A DNA stretch of 64,000 bases from an uncultured virus (IMG/VR IMGVR_UViG_3300027736_000038) (lineage: Duplodnaviria; Heunggongvirae; Uroviricota; Caudoviricetes): the IMG/VR virus record IMGVR_UViG_3300027736_000038, positions 1 through 64,000 of that record. One strand, 5' to 3'. Made by a program: the position numbers and the translations under genes. Under the pieces are notes generated by a model. That model saw only the letters and a list, made by a program, of their open reading frames with translations, did not search any database and was not told the DNA's origin. This document shows, piece by piece, positions 8,663-18,942 of the stretch (the stretch's first letter is position 1; every line of letters starts with the position of its first letter).

Positions 8663-9280
8663 TTACATTGCGGGTGCAGGAGGTGCTCCGGGTGGGGCGC
8701 CTGGAGGCATTCCACCCATTCCCATACCTGCATCTTGTTCTTGTTCTTCCTGATCAGTAGTAGAATCTTGATCCAAATCTTCATCATATGAATCATCTAG
8801 TTCTTCCAAATCAATTGTCTGCCCAGCTAAGTCAATAGAGCCTTCTTTAATATCATCCAATAAGTCTTTTGGTATCTCTATGTAAACAAACCAAACTTTC
8901 TTTGGTGCCATCTTAGGATAACGTGTACCAGGAACATAATCTTCATAATCTTTAACTTCTACTGGAACTTCAACTTCAGATTTAGCAAACTTAACCTTAC
9001 ATCCAATTGCTACTAAACGTCTAGCACCTTTGGGATTAGGCATTAACTTGTATGGCCACATGAATATGCAACTAACTGTATAGCGTTTTATGTTAGGACC
9101 TTGAACTAATTCACCTAATTCCCAGTTACGGTAGGCGTAAAGATCGGATTCGTCTAGTACTCGTTCAAAGTCTAGTAGGGTGTTCATTGACCCGTCACTG
9201 GTAAATATACCCTTTACGGTGTCTACAATGCTGACATAATCAACATTATCAAAGAAATTGTCGGCGGCTTCGTGCTTCAT
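8663..9280 (-). CDS. hypothetical protein with acidic/Pro-rich tail
   Basis: 205-aa ORF; TAAATA box 5 nt upstream of ATG. Confidence 0.7.
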   Translation of the reverse strand: MKHEAADNFFDNVDYVSIVDTVKGIFTSDGSMNTLLDFERVLDESDLYAYRNWELGELVQGPNIKRYTVSCIFMWPYKLMPNPKGARRLVAIGCKVKFAKSEVEVPVEVKDYEDYVPGTRYPKMAPKKVWFVYIEIPKDLLDDIKEGSIDLAGQTIDLEELDDSYDEDLDQDSTTDQEEQEQDAGMGMGGMPPGAPPGAPPAPAM

Positions 9281-9452
9281 TAATATATTTATCTTTAATT
9301 GATTAATAGCACTATTTCAATATTTTGCTGTTAAGCCAAGTATTTAGTCTAAAATATTGCGTTAAAAGTCTGATACATTACACAAGATTTTTGGCTTTAA
9401 ATAATATTGAGTATTATGAGTACTCACCCGCTCTTATAAAGGAGAATTTACA

Positions 9453-10235
9453 TTGAGCAAACGGAAAACCAGTGCTTTACGCACTACTCAGCAAGATCCA
9501 CGCTTTTCAAGCAAAAAACAAACAAATCAAACTTTTTACATGAAAGAATCAAAAACAATAGATTTCTCGCAAGCAAAATCTGTAAGGATCAATAAGCGGC
9601 CCGTACAGTTAGTCCCCAAATCTCTAAATCAAGAAAATTACATAATGTCTCTATTAGATGAGAACACCGATATTGTTGTTGTCACTGGTCCGGCCGGTAC
9701 TGGTAAAACTTATTTAGCAATGCAGGCGGCTATTAAAGCAATGCGTGACGGAGAATGTGATAGAATCATATTGTCTCGTCCCGCTGTAGGAGTAGATGAC
9801 GAAAAACACGGCTTCTTGCCTGGTGATATCAATCAAAAGATGGAACCTTGGACAAGACCCTTAATGGATGTATTACGTGAGTATTACACACAAGCAGAAA
9901 TTACTCATATGTTGGAAGAACAGATTATAGAGATTGCTCCATTAGCATTCTGTCGTGGTCGTAACTTCAAACATAGTTGGGTAGTGTTAGATGAAGCGCA
10001 AAATGCAACACCTGGTCAACTCAAAATGATTATGACTAGAATCGGCGTTGGCAGTAAGATTGTAATTACTGGCGATATTGAACAAGCCGATAGAAAATCA
10101 GCCGACAATGGGCTACTAGACTTACAAAATCGATTGGGGAAGGGGGTGATACCAGGGTTGCAGTTATGTACTTTTGACATTAAAGATGTTCAACGGCACC
10201 GCATCATTGAACATGTACTAAACTTGTACAGTTAA
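9453..10235 (+). CDS. phoH: PhoH-like ATPase
   Basis: GPAGTGKT, GFLPG, RGRNF, LDEAQN, TGDIEQ, QRH motifs; TTG start after AAGGAG. Confidence 0.92.
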   Translation: MSKRKTSALRTTQQDPRFSSKKQTNQTFYMKESKTIDFSQAKSVRINKRPVQLVPKSLNQENYIMSLLDENTDIVVVTGPAGTGKTYLAMQAAIKAMRDGECDRIILSRPAVGVDDEKHGFLPGDINQKMEPWTRPLMDVLREYYTQAEITHMLEEQIIEIAPLAFCRGRNFKHSWVVLDEAQNATPGQLKMIMTRIGVGSKIVITGDIEQADRKSADNGLLDLQNRLGKGVIPGLQLCTFDIKDVQRHRIIEHVLNLYS

Positions 10236-10259
10236 AAAGAGGGGCAATGCCCCTCTTTT
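10234..10259. terminator. bidirectional intrinsic terminator
   Basis: AAAAAGAGGGGC-AAT-GCCCCTCTTTT between convergent genes. Confidence 0.85.
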
Positions 10260-10524
10260 ACTTCTGAACTTCTGATTCAGTATTATTCTTTTGTAATTGA
10301 TCAATTAACGTTGGATATACCTTTTTGTAGTATTCAATCATCTTATCCCAATCACTATCTACTACCTTACTTTCAATTACGCATTTGTCAATTTTCTTTT
10401 TATTAAAATCTAAAATGACATTGCAGGTTTGAATGTCAGAGGTGCGTACACGCTTACTAATACTAACTTGTTCATCAATCTGTCCATTAGGTTTACGGAC
10501 AAAGGTAATCAATAAATATCTCAC
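10258..10524 (-). CDS. hypothetical protein
   Basis: 88-aa ORF coupled to the clamp-loader gene (GTGA overlap). Confidence 0.65.
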   Translation of the reverse strand: MRYLLITFVRKPNGQIDEQVSISKRVRTSDIQTCNVILDFNKKKIDKCVIESKVVDSDWDKMIEYYKKVYPTLIDQLQKNNTESEVQK

Positions 10525-11447
10525 GATGTTAACTCCACTAATGTTGCTGCTAATGAGATTTCAGGAATTCCAACTAACGGCAAGTTTGCTAGACCATTAC
10601 GAATGACAATGATACTAGCATCACGTTTTTCTTGTTGCTTTCCCCATAAGTCTAAGTTGTCATACATCCACCTGTAAGTATCTTCAATACGTGTTGGGTA
10701 CAACGCAATGTATTGCATCAGTTGCTGGCGACCCTCAAGAATTTTACCAGCTTTAAACAATGTTGTTGCTTCTAACAGTAACTCGTGTTCACTATTACCT
10801 TCTGATTGTGGGGGCAATAGCTTACCTGTGCTGCTATTGACTTGTAGTTGATTCAAACATTTACGCAAGTCTGGATATGCTACACGAACATAACTATCCA
10901 ATGTATCCAAATCAAACTCAATGCCCTCAGTTACAAGAACAGTTGCTGCCCTTGCAGTGTACTCAGTACGATCGGGTTTAGCGATATGAAACTTGTGACA
11001 ACGACTTTCACGCAATGCTGGAATGATTTTGTGTTCATAGTTACAAGTAAGAATGAATCTTACTGTATCAGCATATGCTTCCATATCATTACGCAATGCT
11101 GCTTGAAACTCTGGACTTGTATAGTCAGCTTCATCAAGTAGAATCACTTTAAACTTACCGAAGGGCATTGTTTGAGCAAATCCATTAATCTTATCACGCA
11201 CAACTGCCACACCATTCTCACGACTAGCATTGATTTCTAATACATCATAATCTTCTACACCAAGTTCATTAATTAAAACTTTAGCAAGAGTAGTCTTACC
11301 TGTGCCCGGGTCACCACTTAGTAATAGATGTGGGATAGAACCATTAGCGATCCAACCTTCTACTTGTTGTTTTTGTCGTTCATCTACAAAGACATAATCT
11401 GTTACAGATTTTGGACGATAACGCTCAACCCAAAGTTGGTTCTTCAT
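10521..11447 (-). CDS. sliding-clamp loader AAA+ subunit (gp44/RFC-like)
   Basis: LWVERYRP, GDPGTGKTT, EINAS, LDEAD, SRC motifs. Confidence 0.9.
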   Translation of the reverse strand: MKNQLWVERYRPKSVTDYVFVDERQKQQVEGWIANGSIPHLLLSGDPGTGKTTLAKVLINELGVEDYDVLEINASRENGVAVVRDKINGFAQTMPFGKFKVILLDEADYTSPEFQAALRNDMEAYADTVRFILTCNYEHKIIPALRESRCHKFHIAKPDRTEYTARAATVLVTEGIEFDLDTLDSYVRVAYPDLRKCLNQLQVNSSTGKLLPPQSEGNSEHELLLEATTLFKAGKILEGRQQLMQYIALYPTRIEDTYRWMYDNLDLWGKQQEKRDASIIVIRNGLANLPLVGIPEISLAATLVELTS

Positions 11448-11755
11448 TTTCTAAGCATCTCCAATGTTATAATGTGTGAAATACCTTGACCTAAGTCTTG
11501 ATCACTAGTAATGATATGCAATGCAGTATTGCGTTCATCTGTTCTAGGATCGTATTTGTTGTACTCCATAACATATCCGCCGTTTGCTGAATGTATTGTA
11601 AAGTTCATACCATTTGACTGATCTATCCTACGACCTGAATTAATAGTACCAATACCAATAGATTTTGAAGGTAAGTTTACATCCCCGTCAGAACGGACTT
11701 TATTCCAATCTTCTCTAACCCAGCTAATAACTTTTTGCTTAAACCAATTTATCAT
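11444..11755 (-). CDS. hypothetical protein
   Basis: 103-aa ORF in operon. Confidence 0.65.
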   Translation of the reverse strand: MINWFKQKVISWVREDWNKVRSDGDVNLPSKSIGIGTINSGRRIDQSNGMNFTIHSANGGYVMEYNKYDPRTDERNTALHIITSDQDLGQGISHIITLEMLRK

Positions 11756-12135
11756 TAATACACCTTGTCGCTAAATGTTTCGTCATATACTTGTTCATCT
11801 GACGCTAATAGTATATCACTAGGATCAACTCTACGCAATGTTTTCTTACCCGTTTCATCTTCAATGTCGATACCACGTGTCCAACGACCATGACTTACCA
11901 TGACCCATAATTCTTCATACAAATCAGGGTCTTTATTCTCTGCACCAATCTTGTATATCTTTCCCCAACGAGGCCTGATACCTGCACTTTTCATATCATC
12001 ATTTGGTAATAGTATACCACTAGTGGTAATACGAACATCAAAACTCATATCATAAACAATGATATGTGCGCCGATTGGTCTGAATTGGTCTTTAGTGAAT
12101 TTATGCGGGTCAAATGCTAATTTCTTTTCTTCCAT
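11755..12135 (-). CDS. groES: GroES-like co-chaperonin
   Basis: 'FRPIGAHIIV...TTSGILLP...GKIYKIG...SDILL' matches the Cpn10 pattern; start reassigned to MEEKK at 12135. Confidence 0.75.
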   Translation of the reverse strand: MEEKKLAFDPHKFTKDQFRPIGAHIIVYDMSFDVRITTSGILLPNDDMKSAGIRPRWGKIYKIGAENKDPDLYEELWVMVSHGRWTRGIDIEDETGKKTLRRVDPSDILLASDEQVYDETFSDKVY

Positions 12136-12136
12136 G

Positions 12137-12499
12137 TTATTTCTTCTTTGTTTCTTTGGCTTTGATTTGTTCAACTTCCAAATCATCATTAAACGATTCT
12201 TCCAATTCCAATTCTTCTGGGGTTAACTCAATCAAATCAAGTGTTGGGGTAGGGGCAGAATCTGGTTGAATTGTTGGTCTAGGTCTTTTTAGCGGTTGAG
12301 CAGAACGATTACCTACTGTTTTGCTGTATGCATTATTTACCTTTTCAGTCACGGGTTTGATAACTTTACCAAATGCATCAATGGTATCACCACGTGCATT
12401 TAGATTTTTAACATTACCCACTGCTCTTGTTTTTTCATTTTTGGATACTAGTGCTGACATATCAACACTTTTTCCCATTGCGGATCTAACTATAGCCAT
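12137..12499 (-). CDS. hypothetical protein
   Basis: 120 aa, AGGAG SD. Confidence 0.7.
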   Translation of the reverse strand: MAIVRSAMGKSVDMSALVSKNEKTRAVGNVKNLNARGDTIDAFGKVIKPVTEKVNNAYSKTVGNRSAQPLKRPRPTIQPDSAPTPTLDLIELTPEELELEESFNDDLEVEQIKAKETKKK

Positions 12500-12509
12500 T
12501 TTAATCTCC

Positions 12510-13025
12510 TTATTTTAAAAATTCATCTACCGATAATTGGTAGTACAAACTATTTATACGATGAATTCCAATCAAATACAATACATAGCTTGCTACACTA
12601 CTACCACGACCTACGCCCCATACAATATTGTTTCTACGCATTGTGTCAACTAGATATTTTAAATACTTCAATAATGGGAACATATCCCTATCATGGAATT
12701 TTATTAATTCGTTGCCTGCACGTTGCAGTTCTTCTTCGTTTTTACATTGATCTAATACCCATTTAGCAATATCCATTTCGTAGTATTCTACGGGCATTTG
12801 CCACTGAGATTGATTTTCTTTATCAAATTCTTCAACTGATAATTTTTTATCTATGTATTCTACTAATGTAGGTAGATTTTCTTCTGAGAGAAAGATGTGC
12901 GTACTGTCCAGATTTATTTGCTTATCTACAAGACAATCTTTAATGGTGCGGGCTGGATCACTCATATACAAATCACACAGATCATCTTCTGTGAGAATTA
13001 TTTGTCCATAATTATCAATTTTCAT
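12510..13025 (-). CDS. dnaE: DNA polymerase III alpha-like (family C), N-terminal palm fragment
   Basis: 'WGVGRGSSVASYVLYLIGIHRINSLYYQLSVDEFLK' corresponds to DnaE GPGRGS...G.T.VDP....L.FERFL. Confidence 0.8.
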   Translation of the reverse strand: MKIDNYGQIILTEDDLCDLYMSDPARTIKDCLVDKQINLDSTHIFLSEENLPTLVEYIDKKLSVEEFDKENQSQWQMPVEYYEMDIAKWVLDQCKNEEELQRAGNELIKFHDRDMFPLLKYLKYLVDTMRRNNIVWGVGRGSSVASYVLYLIGIHRINSLYYQLSVDEFLK

Positions 13026-13031
13026 CTATGT

Positions 13032-13060
13032 ATTATAACATAGACTTTTGTGTAAATCAA
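13032..13060 (-). promoter_or_regulatory. sigma70-type promoter for the dnaE N-fragment
   Basis: TTGATT-17-TATAAT with extended TG; ATG 6 nt downstream. Confidence 0.75.
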
Positions 13061-13666
13061 CTATAATGGTTGTTTTTCATGGTCATTACTAAAAATAATT
13101 TCAGTAGTGGTATATTCTTTTTGTTCCCAATCTAACCCAACGCTCCACCAATCAGAATGTTGTTTTACCAGTCTAACAATTTTATCCTTTTTGTTAGATT
13201 TGGTTATATCTGACATATTAGTAGAACTATCACTCCACCAGCCCTTATTACCAAATGGGTGATTAGACACATTTTCTATGTCATATACAAATTTAACATC
13301 ATCACTTAACCCAGACATAAGTGAAATATCGGTAATATGCAGTTTGCCTTCTGTTATTGCATTTAGTTTAAGCAATAATAATATGGTTATGATTTGATCA
13401 TATGGTTCGTCAGGTAATGTACAGACTTTGATATCAGCTTGCATATACTTTTCTATAGCTTTTTTTTCTGAATCTTGTACAAAGATACTATTACCCAAAC
13501 ATTCATGCAAGAAGTAATGTATTCTGTCCATTGCTATATTCTGTTCTTTAATAGATGCTGTATCAACTTCCATTTTTAATGCAAGTTCATATATGGTCAT
13601 TAAGAATTCACCTTCAAAATAAACCCCAGCTTGGAATGCGAATTCACGTTCTATTTTTGTTGCCAA
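13061..13666 (-). CDS. hypothetical protein
   Basis: 201-aa ORF, TTG start after GAGG. Confidence 0.7.
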   Translation of the reverse strand: MATKIEREFAFQAGVYFEGEFLMTIYELALKMEVDTASIKEQNIAMDRIHYFLHECLGNSIFVQDSEKKAIEKYMQADIKVCTLPDEPYDQIITILLLLKLNAITEGKLHITDISLMSGLSDDVKFVYDIENVSNHPFGNKGWWSDSSTNMSDITKSNKKDKIVRLVKQHSDWWSVGLDWEQKEYTTTEIIFSNDHEKQPL

Positions 13667-13907
13667 TTTGATCCTCTTTTTGTATTGATACTTGACCTTG
13701 AATGTTTTGTTTTTTCATAACATCGTCAAGTTTTTTGCTGGCTTCATTACGATACGTTTCAATTACCATATGAAGCTGATTAATTAATGGCCTATTACCT
13801 GTACGAGAAGCAAAGGTTAGTTTATTCATCAGACCGGTTAAATCAGTCTGGATTTCCTCTAATGTCTTTTCGGCCAGTTTTTTCTTATCTAAGAATGGAT
13901 GTTCCAT
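13644..13907 (-). CDS. hypothetical protein
   Basis: 87 aa; TAAATA box 5 nt before ATG. Confidence 0.65.
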   Translation of the reverse strand: MEHPFLDKKKLAEKTLEEIQTDLTGLMNKLTFASRTGNRPLINQLHMVIETYRNEASKKLDDVMKKQNIQGQVSIQKEDQIGNKNRT

Positions 13908-13918
13908 TCAAATATTTA

Positions 13919-15451
13919 TCACCAAGAAGATAGTGCGATTCTTTTCCAGATATCATTGCCAACATAGAATGTTGCAGTTGTTGCAGTAGTATTACCAGAT
14001 AGGACAACGGTAGTATCTGCTACTCCATTTGATCTACTTAAACTTACTGTAATATTGGCGCCGGAGAAGGATTTAACATAATAAACAGTGTTTGAAACTA
14101 ATCCTCCCATATTAGCAGCAAAAATGATTGGGGCATTATTTGCTAAACTTCCAGTATTGCCACTTAAGGTTATCATGCCATTAGCATATGTTTGTGTTAC
14201 TGATGTTCCGTATGATGAAGAATTATATGAGTCTGTAGCGACATATACATACGACACTGGGTTTGCATACATTGTACCAGACCCGCCTGCCAAGTTTACA
14301 TTGGCACCACCAATAGTTGATGAAACTGTAAAGTATGTATTAGCAGAAACATTTCTAACATAATATGTAGCACCGCTAGTGATATTAGCTTCAAAACTAG
14401 TACCAGTGAATACAATTGGCAAATCGGTATATAGTTGAGTAGTATCTGCTACATTTAAATATCCATTATTAACTTTATATGTTAAACCAGTAGGTGTTCC
14501 GGTTGTTGTTGTAATGTTTGAGCCGCCGCTAGTAGTTGATAATTGAAAGTTAGTTGTTCCATTGGTAGCTATAATATAATATGTACTAGGATCTGAATAC
14601 CCACTGATACTACCTGTGCCACCTGCAGTTCCAGATATTCTCAATTGTTGATCCACTGCTAATGGTAATGATGTCGCACTACAAGTAAACCCACCTGAAG
14701 TATTTGAAATCACTACGGTAGACAGAGACATTCCTGTATTTGACGATAACACAGATAATTGATTAAACGATGGCCCAACTGCGATATCACCATTAACATC
14801 ACCTTGAAATCCTTTAGGGGAAATAAGTTTTTGTTGAATCTGAGTTGATTGTCTTGGTCTATTGATTGGTTGAATATACAATGTGTTGCCGCAATCAGTT
14901 GAACTTATCAAATAGTTAAGTTGTGTTACTCCATTTGGTACTGTAACAGTTGGTATAGTACCAATATTAGCAAAGTTTTCAAGTAACATAACACCATCAT
15001 CATTGGAGATTACTAATTCACTTGGAAAACTGATTACAGCATTAGCATTTGAAACTGATAGATTTAGTTGCACATTGCTTTGAGTACCAGTTGGTGCCCA
15101 ACTACCAAAATTGATTGTAGTATTTGCAGCAACTGTTCCATACTGTACATCACCTAATGACACATCAACTAGTACAGTACCGGCTAATGCGTTACCTAAA
15201 TTATAAGTTGTTGCTCTAAAGCCACGTGTACTTGCATTACTGATAAGTGTATTAGCCATATCATTATTAATTGTAGTGCCTAGTAATGCTTGTTTAACTA
15301 CAACTTTATTTTGTAGGTCAGTTATTTCATTGCCGGCGGCATTTAAATTGTTTACGATAGAAGCAAAATTATCTCTGAATCCCTGGCTGTTATTGTTAAC
15401 GCCCGGGACAGGGTAATTTACATTTATTGCGGTTGTGTTGATTGTACTCAT
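13919..15451 (-). CDS. virion structural protein (baseplate/fibre-associated) with three TYY beta-modules
   Basis: N-terminal 'YPVPGVNNNSQGFRDNF' plus coiled coil; T/N/G-rich; C-terminal 'WKRIALSSW'. Confidence 0.65.
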   Translation of the reverse strand: MSTINTTAINVNYPVPGVNNNSQGFRDNFASIVNNLNAAGNEITDLQNKVVVKQALLGTTINNDMANTLISNASTRGFRATTYNLGNALAGTVLVDVSLGDVQYGTVAANTTINFGSWAPTGTQSNVQLNLSVSNANAVISFPSELVISNDDGVMLLENFANIGTIPTVTVPNGVTQLNYLISSTDCGNTLYIQPINRPRQSTQIQQKLISPKGFQGDVNGDIAVGPSFNQLSVLSSNTGMSLSTVVISNTSGGFTCSATSLPLAVDQQLRISGTAGGTGSISGYSDPSTYYIIATNGTTNFQLSTTSGGSNITTTTGTPTGLTYKVNNGYLNVADTTQLYTDLPIVFTGTSFEANITSGATYYVRNVSANTYFTVSSTIGGANVNLAGGSGTMYANPVSYVYVATDSYNSSSYGTSVTQTYANGMITLSGNTGSLANNAPIIFAANMGGLVSNTVYYVKSFSGANITVSLSRSNGVADTTVVLSGNTTATTATFYVGNDIWKRIALSSW

Positions 15452-15473
15452 GTTTTTATTCCGTTATATATAT

Positions 15474-18269
15474 TTAGTATTGTGATTCGTCCGGTAAAAT
15501 AGTTTGTCTAGGGAATAACACATAAAAATCTTGGCTATTTAATGGATTGGGAGTAGGGGTAGCACTTGGTAGTCCGGTCCAAGCAGGTGGGTTTAATCCA
15601 TTATCCCAATCATATGTAGCACTCTTATTAACGGTAAATCTATCAAGTTCAAAATTAATTTGATTCAATGAGTAATGTACAAAGTTACCTTGTGCGTTTG
15701 TATATCCCCAATTTGTTTCTATATTTGTTTTTATAACTTCCGCAGGACTTATTCCACCGGTTTCTCTTGGTTTTGTATAACATATAACCCAAGCCTGAGT
15801 ATATCCCAATGTACTACCATTTTCTTGTTGACTCGTCATCCATTGCGGTAATAATGTACTATTATACACTTGTCCTAATACATCGGCTACTTGATTACGC
15901 ATATTGAACAAACTATTAGGATATAACGTTATAGCATAGCCCGGAGTTAAACTGGTATAGAAGGTAGGCTCATATATAATACAATCCATCAAACCTGTAT
16001 CAGTAGTTAATACCATAGCAGTCCCATTGTAGGGGGTAGTAGATACCGTGAATTCAGTTGTACTATCAACACTAAGAACATAATAAGTAGTACCTGCTTC
16101 AATGTTTCCAAAAGTAGTGCCAGAAAACATTATTTGTCTACCTGACAATAAACCCACAGTTGAACCGCAAGTAATCTGATTGGTTGTGGCAGCAGTAGCA
16201 GTTACACTTAACGTACTTCCCGGTTGACCAAAATAATAGCTTGTAAAAATATTAGTTACACTAGTATACCATGCCCCTAAATTTAAATCTATTGGGCGAG
16301 GCCAGTTTATTTCAGCAGGAACACTTACACCGGACGGATTAACTAAGTTATCTATTACTTCACTATACACCACTTCATATATAATCTCGCCTGCATCATT
16401 TTTTGCCACCGCAGTTTTTAATTCACCTAAAGTAATATTTCTCCAATAGTGATTTTTTCTTTGTATTGCTGCAATATATTGATTTATATCACTAGCATAT
16501 ATTCCATACGCATGTTCATATATAACATTAGTAGCTTTTCCAAAATGAACGTCAGTTGGTCTATATAATAATAGAGGGTCTATTAGAGCGTCATTATCTA
16601 ATAATGTATTAAGAAGTTGTCTATCCTGTATGCTAGGCGATGCTTCTATGTACAATATGTCAGTTGGTTGATTATATTCTTGATATACATTTACTTCAAA
16701 TGTTTTACTAGAAAATATTGAATTATATGTAGTTGAATATGCCTGTACTGTGAAACTAAAATTAGTAGTAGTGGATGCATCTAACATTTGTGATGTAGGT
16801 TGATCCGCTATAATACCTATTATTTCTCCGTTAGATAACAATTCTAAGTCAGGAGGTAATGATCCTGAAGTTAATCTATATTGTAAATCTTCTGTGTCAG
16901 ATACTGCTTCAACTTTTAATGTACTGATACTACCGTTGTAAACAGTCCCTAAATTTTCAGTAGTAATCCATATAATATTACCTAATATATCAAAACTTAA
17001 TGTAAGTGAGAAATTAAAATTACCTGATGTTATAGATGGGCTATTTACTTTTCTCACGCTTACTGTAAAATTATAATTAATTATACTCTTTACATCTAAT
17101 ATAGGATATCCAGTCAACCATCCTGTAGTTGAATTACCTGACATCCAACTTGGCAAGTTAGAGAATATATATTCTAAATTATTTCCATCAAAATCGTAGC
17201 CTAACACTTTAAATGCAAAGTAGTTATCACTTTGAATTGTTCCTATTTGTGCAGCCTGTGTAGGTGGGATAGGTGGTAAAATATAATAACCATAATATGG
17301 ATCATTATCAGTTGGAGCAATAACTAATGGTCTTGTATTTAATATAGTTGGTGGTCTAGTATTAGGCTGTAATCCTAATGTACCCCCTTGACTTAAGGGC
17401 AAGTTTTGATTAATAACAGTAATTGAATAAGAAGCAATATTGCCGCCAAGTGGGCTTAATAGTCTTAACACAAATGAATATGTTCTTTTTGTGGGTTGTC
17501 CGGTAGAGATACTCGGTAACGTAACATTCATTGTGCCCGACGCATCGGCCAATGGTAATGCAGTACCAAATTCAGTAGCAGATATTGAAAATGAATTATT
17601 TGATGTATTAACATCTCTTATATAGTAAGTTTGATTAGATACAATATCCCCGAATGTATTAGTAAATACAACCGGTCTTCCTATCATAGTACTGTTTATA
17701 GAATTGTCAAAACATGAAATATAATCAGTAGTTGAACTTGATGACAATGCTACAGTTGTTACAGTGGGTAGTGTTAAATTAATTATTGGCGGGAGTGCAT
17801 AACCTTGAATAAGCCCTGATTCAGATAATTCAAGCCCCGGAGGTAATAGTCCTTCTTGCAAATCAACTATTACATTATTTGTCGTATCAGGATTAGCGTA
17901 TTGTACTTGAATTTGTGTCCATGTGCTATCGTTTACATTTTTCAACGAACCAGCGGGAGTGGTAAATTGTGGTACAGCAGTCCCTGACACGGTTATGCTA
18001 AACGTCCTGTCACGTATATTACCCAAGTTATCAGTTGCACGAATAGTAAATGAAGTTGTAGTATTTTGTGTAACTAGTGTAGGTACACCACTTATTAATC
18101 CGTTACTTGTTTTCAATGTTAGATTAGTAGGAAGTGATCCGGATAATAAAGTATATGTTATTGTAGCTGCCGGATCCACTGGAGTGGCTGAAACCAAAAA
18201 AGTCATAGTATATCCATAGGGATAAGTTCCTATAGAACCTGCGGGGGTAATCCAAGTTGGTTGTGCCAT
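15474..18269 (-). CDS. virion/baseplate protein with putative Ig-like (He_PIG-type) repeats
   Basis: Repeated 'SGSLP..L.L...G.I.G.P.....FT.RA' units; two TYY modules. Confidence 0.7.
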   Translation of the reverse strand: MAQPTWITPAGSIGTYPYGYTMTFLVSATPVDPAATITYTLLSGSLPTNLTLKTSNGLISGVPTLVTQNTTTSFTIRATDNLGNIRDRTFSITVSGTAVPQFTTPAGSLKNVNDSTWTQIQVQYANPDTTNNVIVDLQEGLLPPGLELSESGLIQGYALPPIINLTLPTVTTVALSSSSTTDYISCFDNSINSTMIGRPVVFTNTFGDIVSNQTYYIRDVNTSNNSFSISATEFGTALPLADASGTMNVTLPSISTGQPTKRTYSFVLRLLSPLGGNIASYSITVINQNLPLSQGGTLGLQPNTRPPTILNTRPLVIAPTDNDPYYGYYILPPIPPTQAAQIGTIQSDNYFAFKVLGYDFDGNNLEYIFSNLPSWMSGNSTTGWLTGYPILDVKSIINYNFTVSVRKVNSPSITSGNFNFSLTLSFDILGNIIWITTENLGTVYNGSISTLKVEAVSDTEDLQYRLTSGSLPPDLELLSNGEIIGIIADQPTSQMLDASTTTNFSFTVQAYSTTYNSIFSSKTFEVNVYQEYNQPTDILYIEASPSIQDRQLLNTLLDNDALIDPLLLYRPTDVHFGKATNVIYEHAYGIYASDINQYIAAIQRKNHYWRNITLGELKTAVAKNDAGEIIYEVVYSEVIDNLVNPSGVSVPAEINWPRPIDLNLGAWYTSVTNIFTSYYFGQPGSTLSVTATAATTNQITCGSTVGLLSGRQIMFSGTTFGNIEAGTTYYVLSVDSTTEFTVSTTPYNGTAMVLTTDTGLMDCIIYEPTFYTSLTPGYAITLYPNSLFNMRNQVADVLGQVYNSTLLPQWMTSQQENGSTLGYTQAWVICYTKPRETGGISPAEVIKTNIETNWGYTNAQGNFVHYSLNQINFELDRFTVNKSATYDWDNGLNPPAWTGLPSATPTPNPLNSQDFYVLFPRQTILPDESQY

Positions 18270-18270
18270 A

Positions 18271-18891
18271 TTAACTTGTTAAATAATGCATCGCTAATTC
18301 GTAATGATGCTTTCTATCTTCTAAACCAATTGTACCACCATTGATACGTTTAGTTAATGTTACAAAATCTCCACTATCACAGTATTGATTTAGTTTGTTA
18401 TTATCCCAGAACCATCCAGCACTTGCTACAGCACCGTTTGGCGTTTCTAAGTAAGCTATTGTATCTTCTAAACTCATGCCTAAATCTGCTGCAAATTTTG
18501 TATAGTTAGCACGACCTGTTAATTGAATTAGTCCACGACCACAGAAGCGATATCCATCACCTGATTCTTCTGGGCCATTACTCATACGATTAGCATAGAC
18601 ACGATTAGCAATACGTTCTGGCTTTTTAGCATATTGATTTGCTAGTTCATCGTTGGGAAAATATTTACCAAATGTACCACGTAGACCCTTAGCACTATAG
18701 TTTAAATTTTCTTTAATAGCAGTATATCCACCGGATTCATGTGCTGTTTGTGCTAGAAAGCCTGCCAATCTTGCTGGATTAACATTCATGTCATAGTATT
18801 CAGCCACTGTGTTTAGTGGTTCTAAGTATCCCTCAAGAATACTTGATTTTGTTCGGGGACACATATGTGTCAATAAATCTAGTGTTACCAT
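18271..18891 (-). CDS. glycoside hydrolase family 19 endolysin
   Basis: FLAQTAHESG, ENLNYS, GRGLIQLTGRANY, SAGWFW, TKRINGG.GLEDR. Confidence 0.92.
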   Translation of the reverse strand: MVTLDLLTHMCPRTKSSILEGYLEPLNTVAEYYDMNVNPARLAGFLAQTAHESGGYTAIKENLNYSAKGLRGTFGKYFPNDELANQYAKKPERIANRVYANRMSNGPEESGDGYRFCGRGLIQLTGRANYTKFAADLGMSLEDTIAYLETPNGAVASAGWFWDNNKLNQYCDSGDFVTLTKRINGGTIGLEDRKHHYELAMHYLTS

Positions 18892-18942
18892 AATACTTCC
18901 TTATTATAGTATTTATCGTTTTGATTGAAGGTTGTTGATGAC

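Noticed and set aside
12510..13025. Split intein in the dnaE fragments
   Set aside because: No intein N-terminal block after the N-fragment and no His-Asn/Cys junction at the start of the C-fragment
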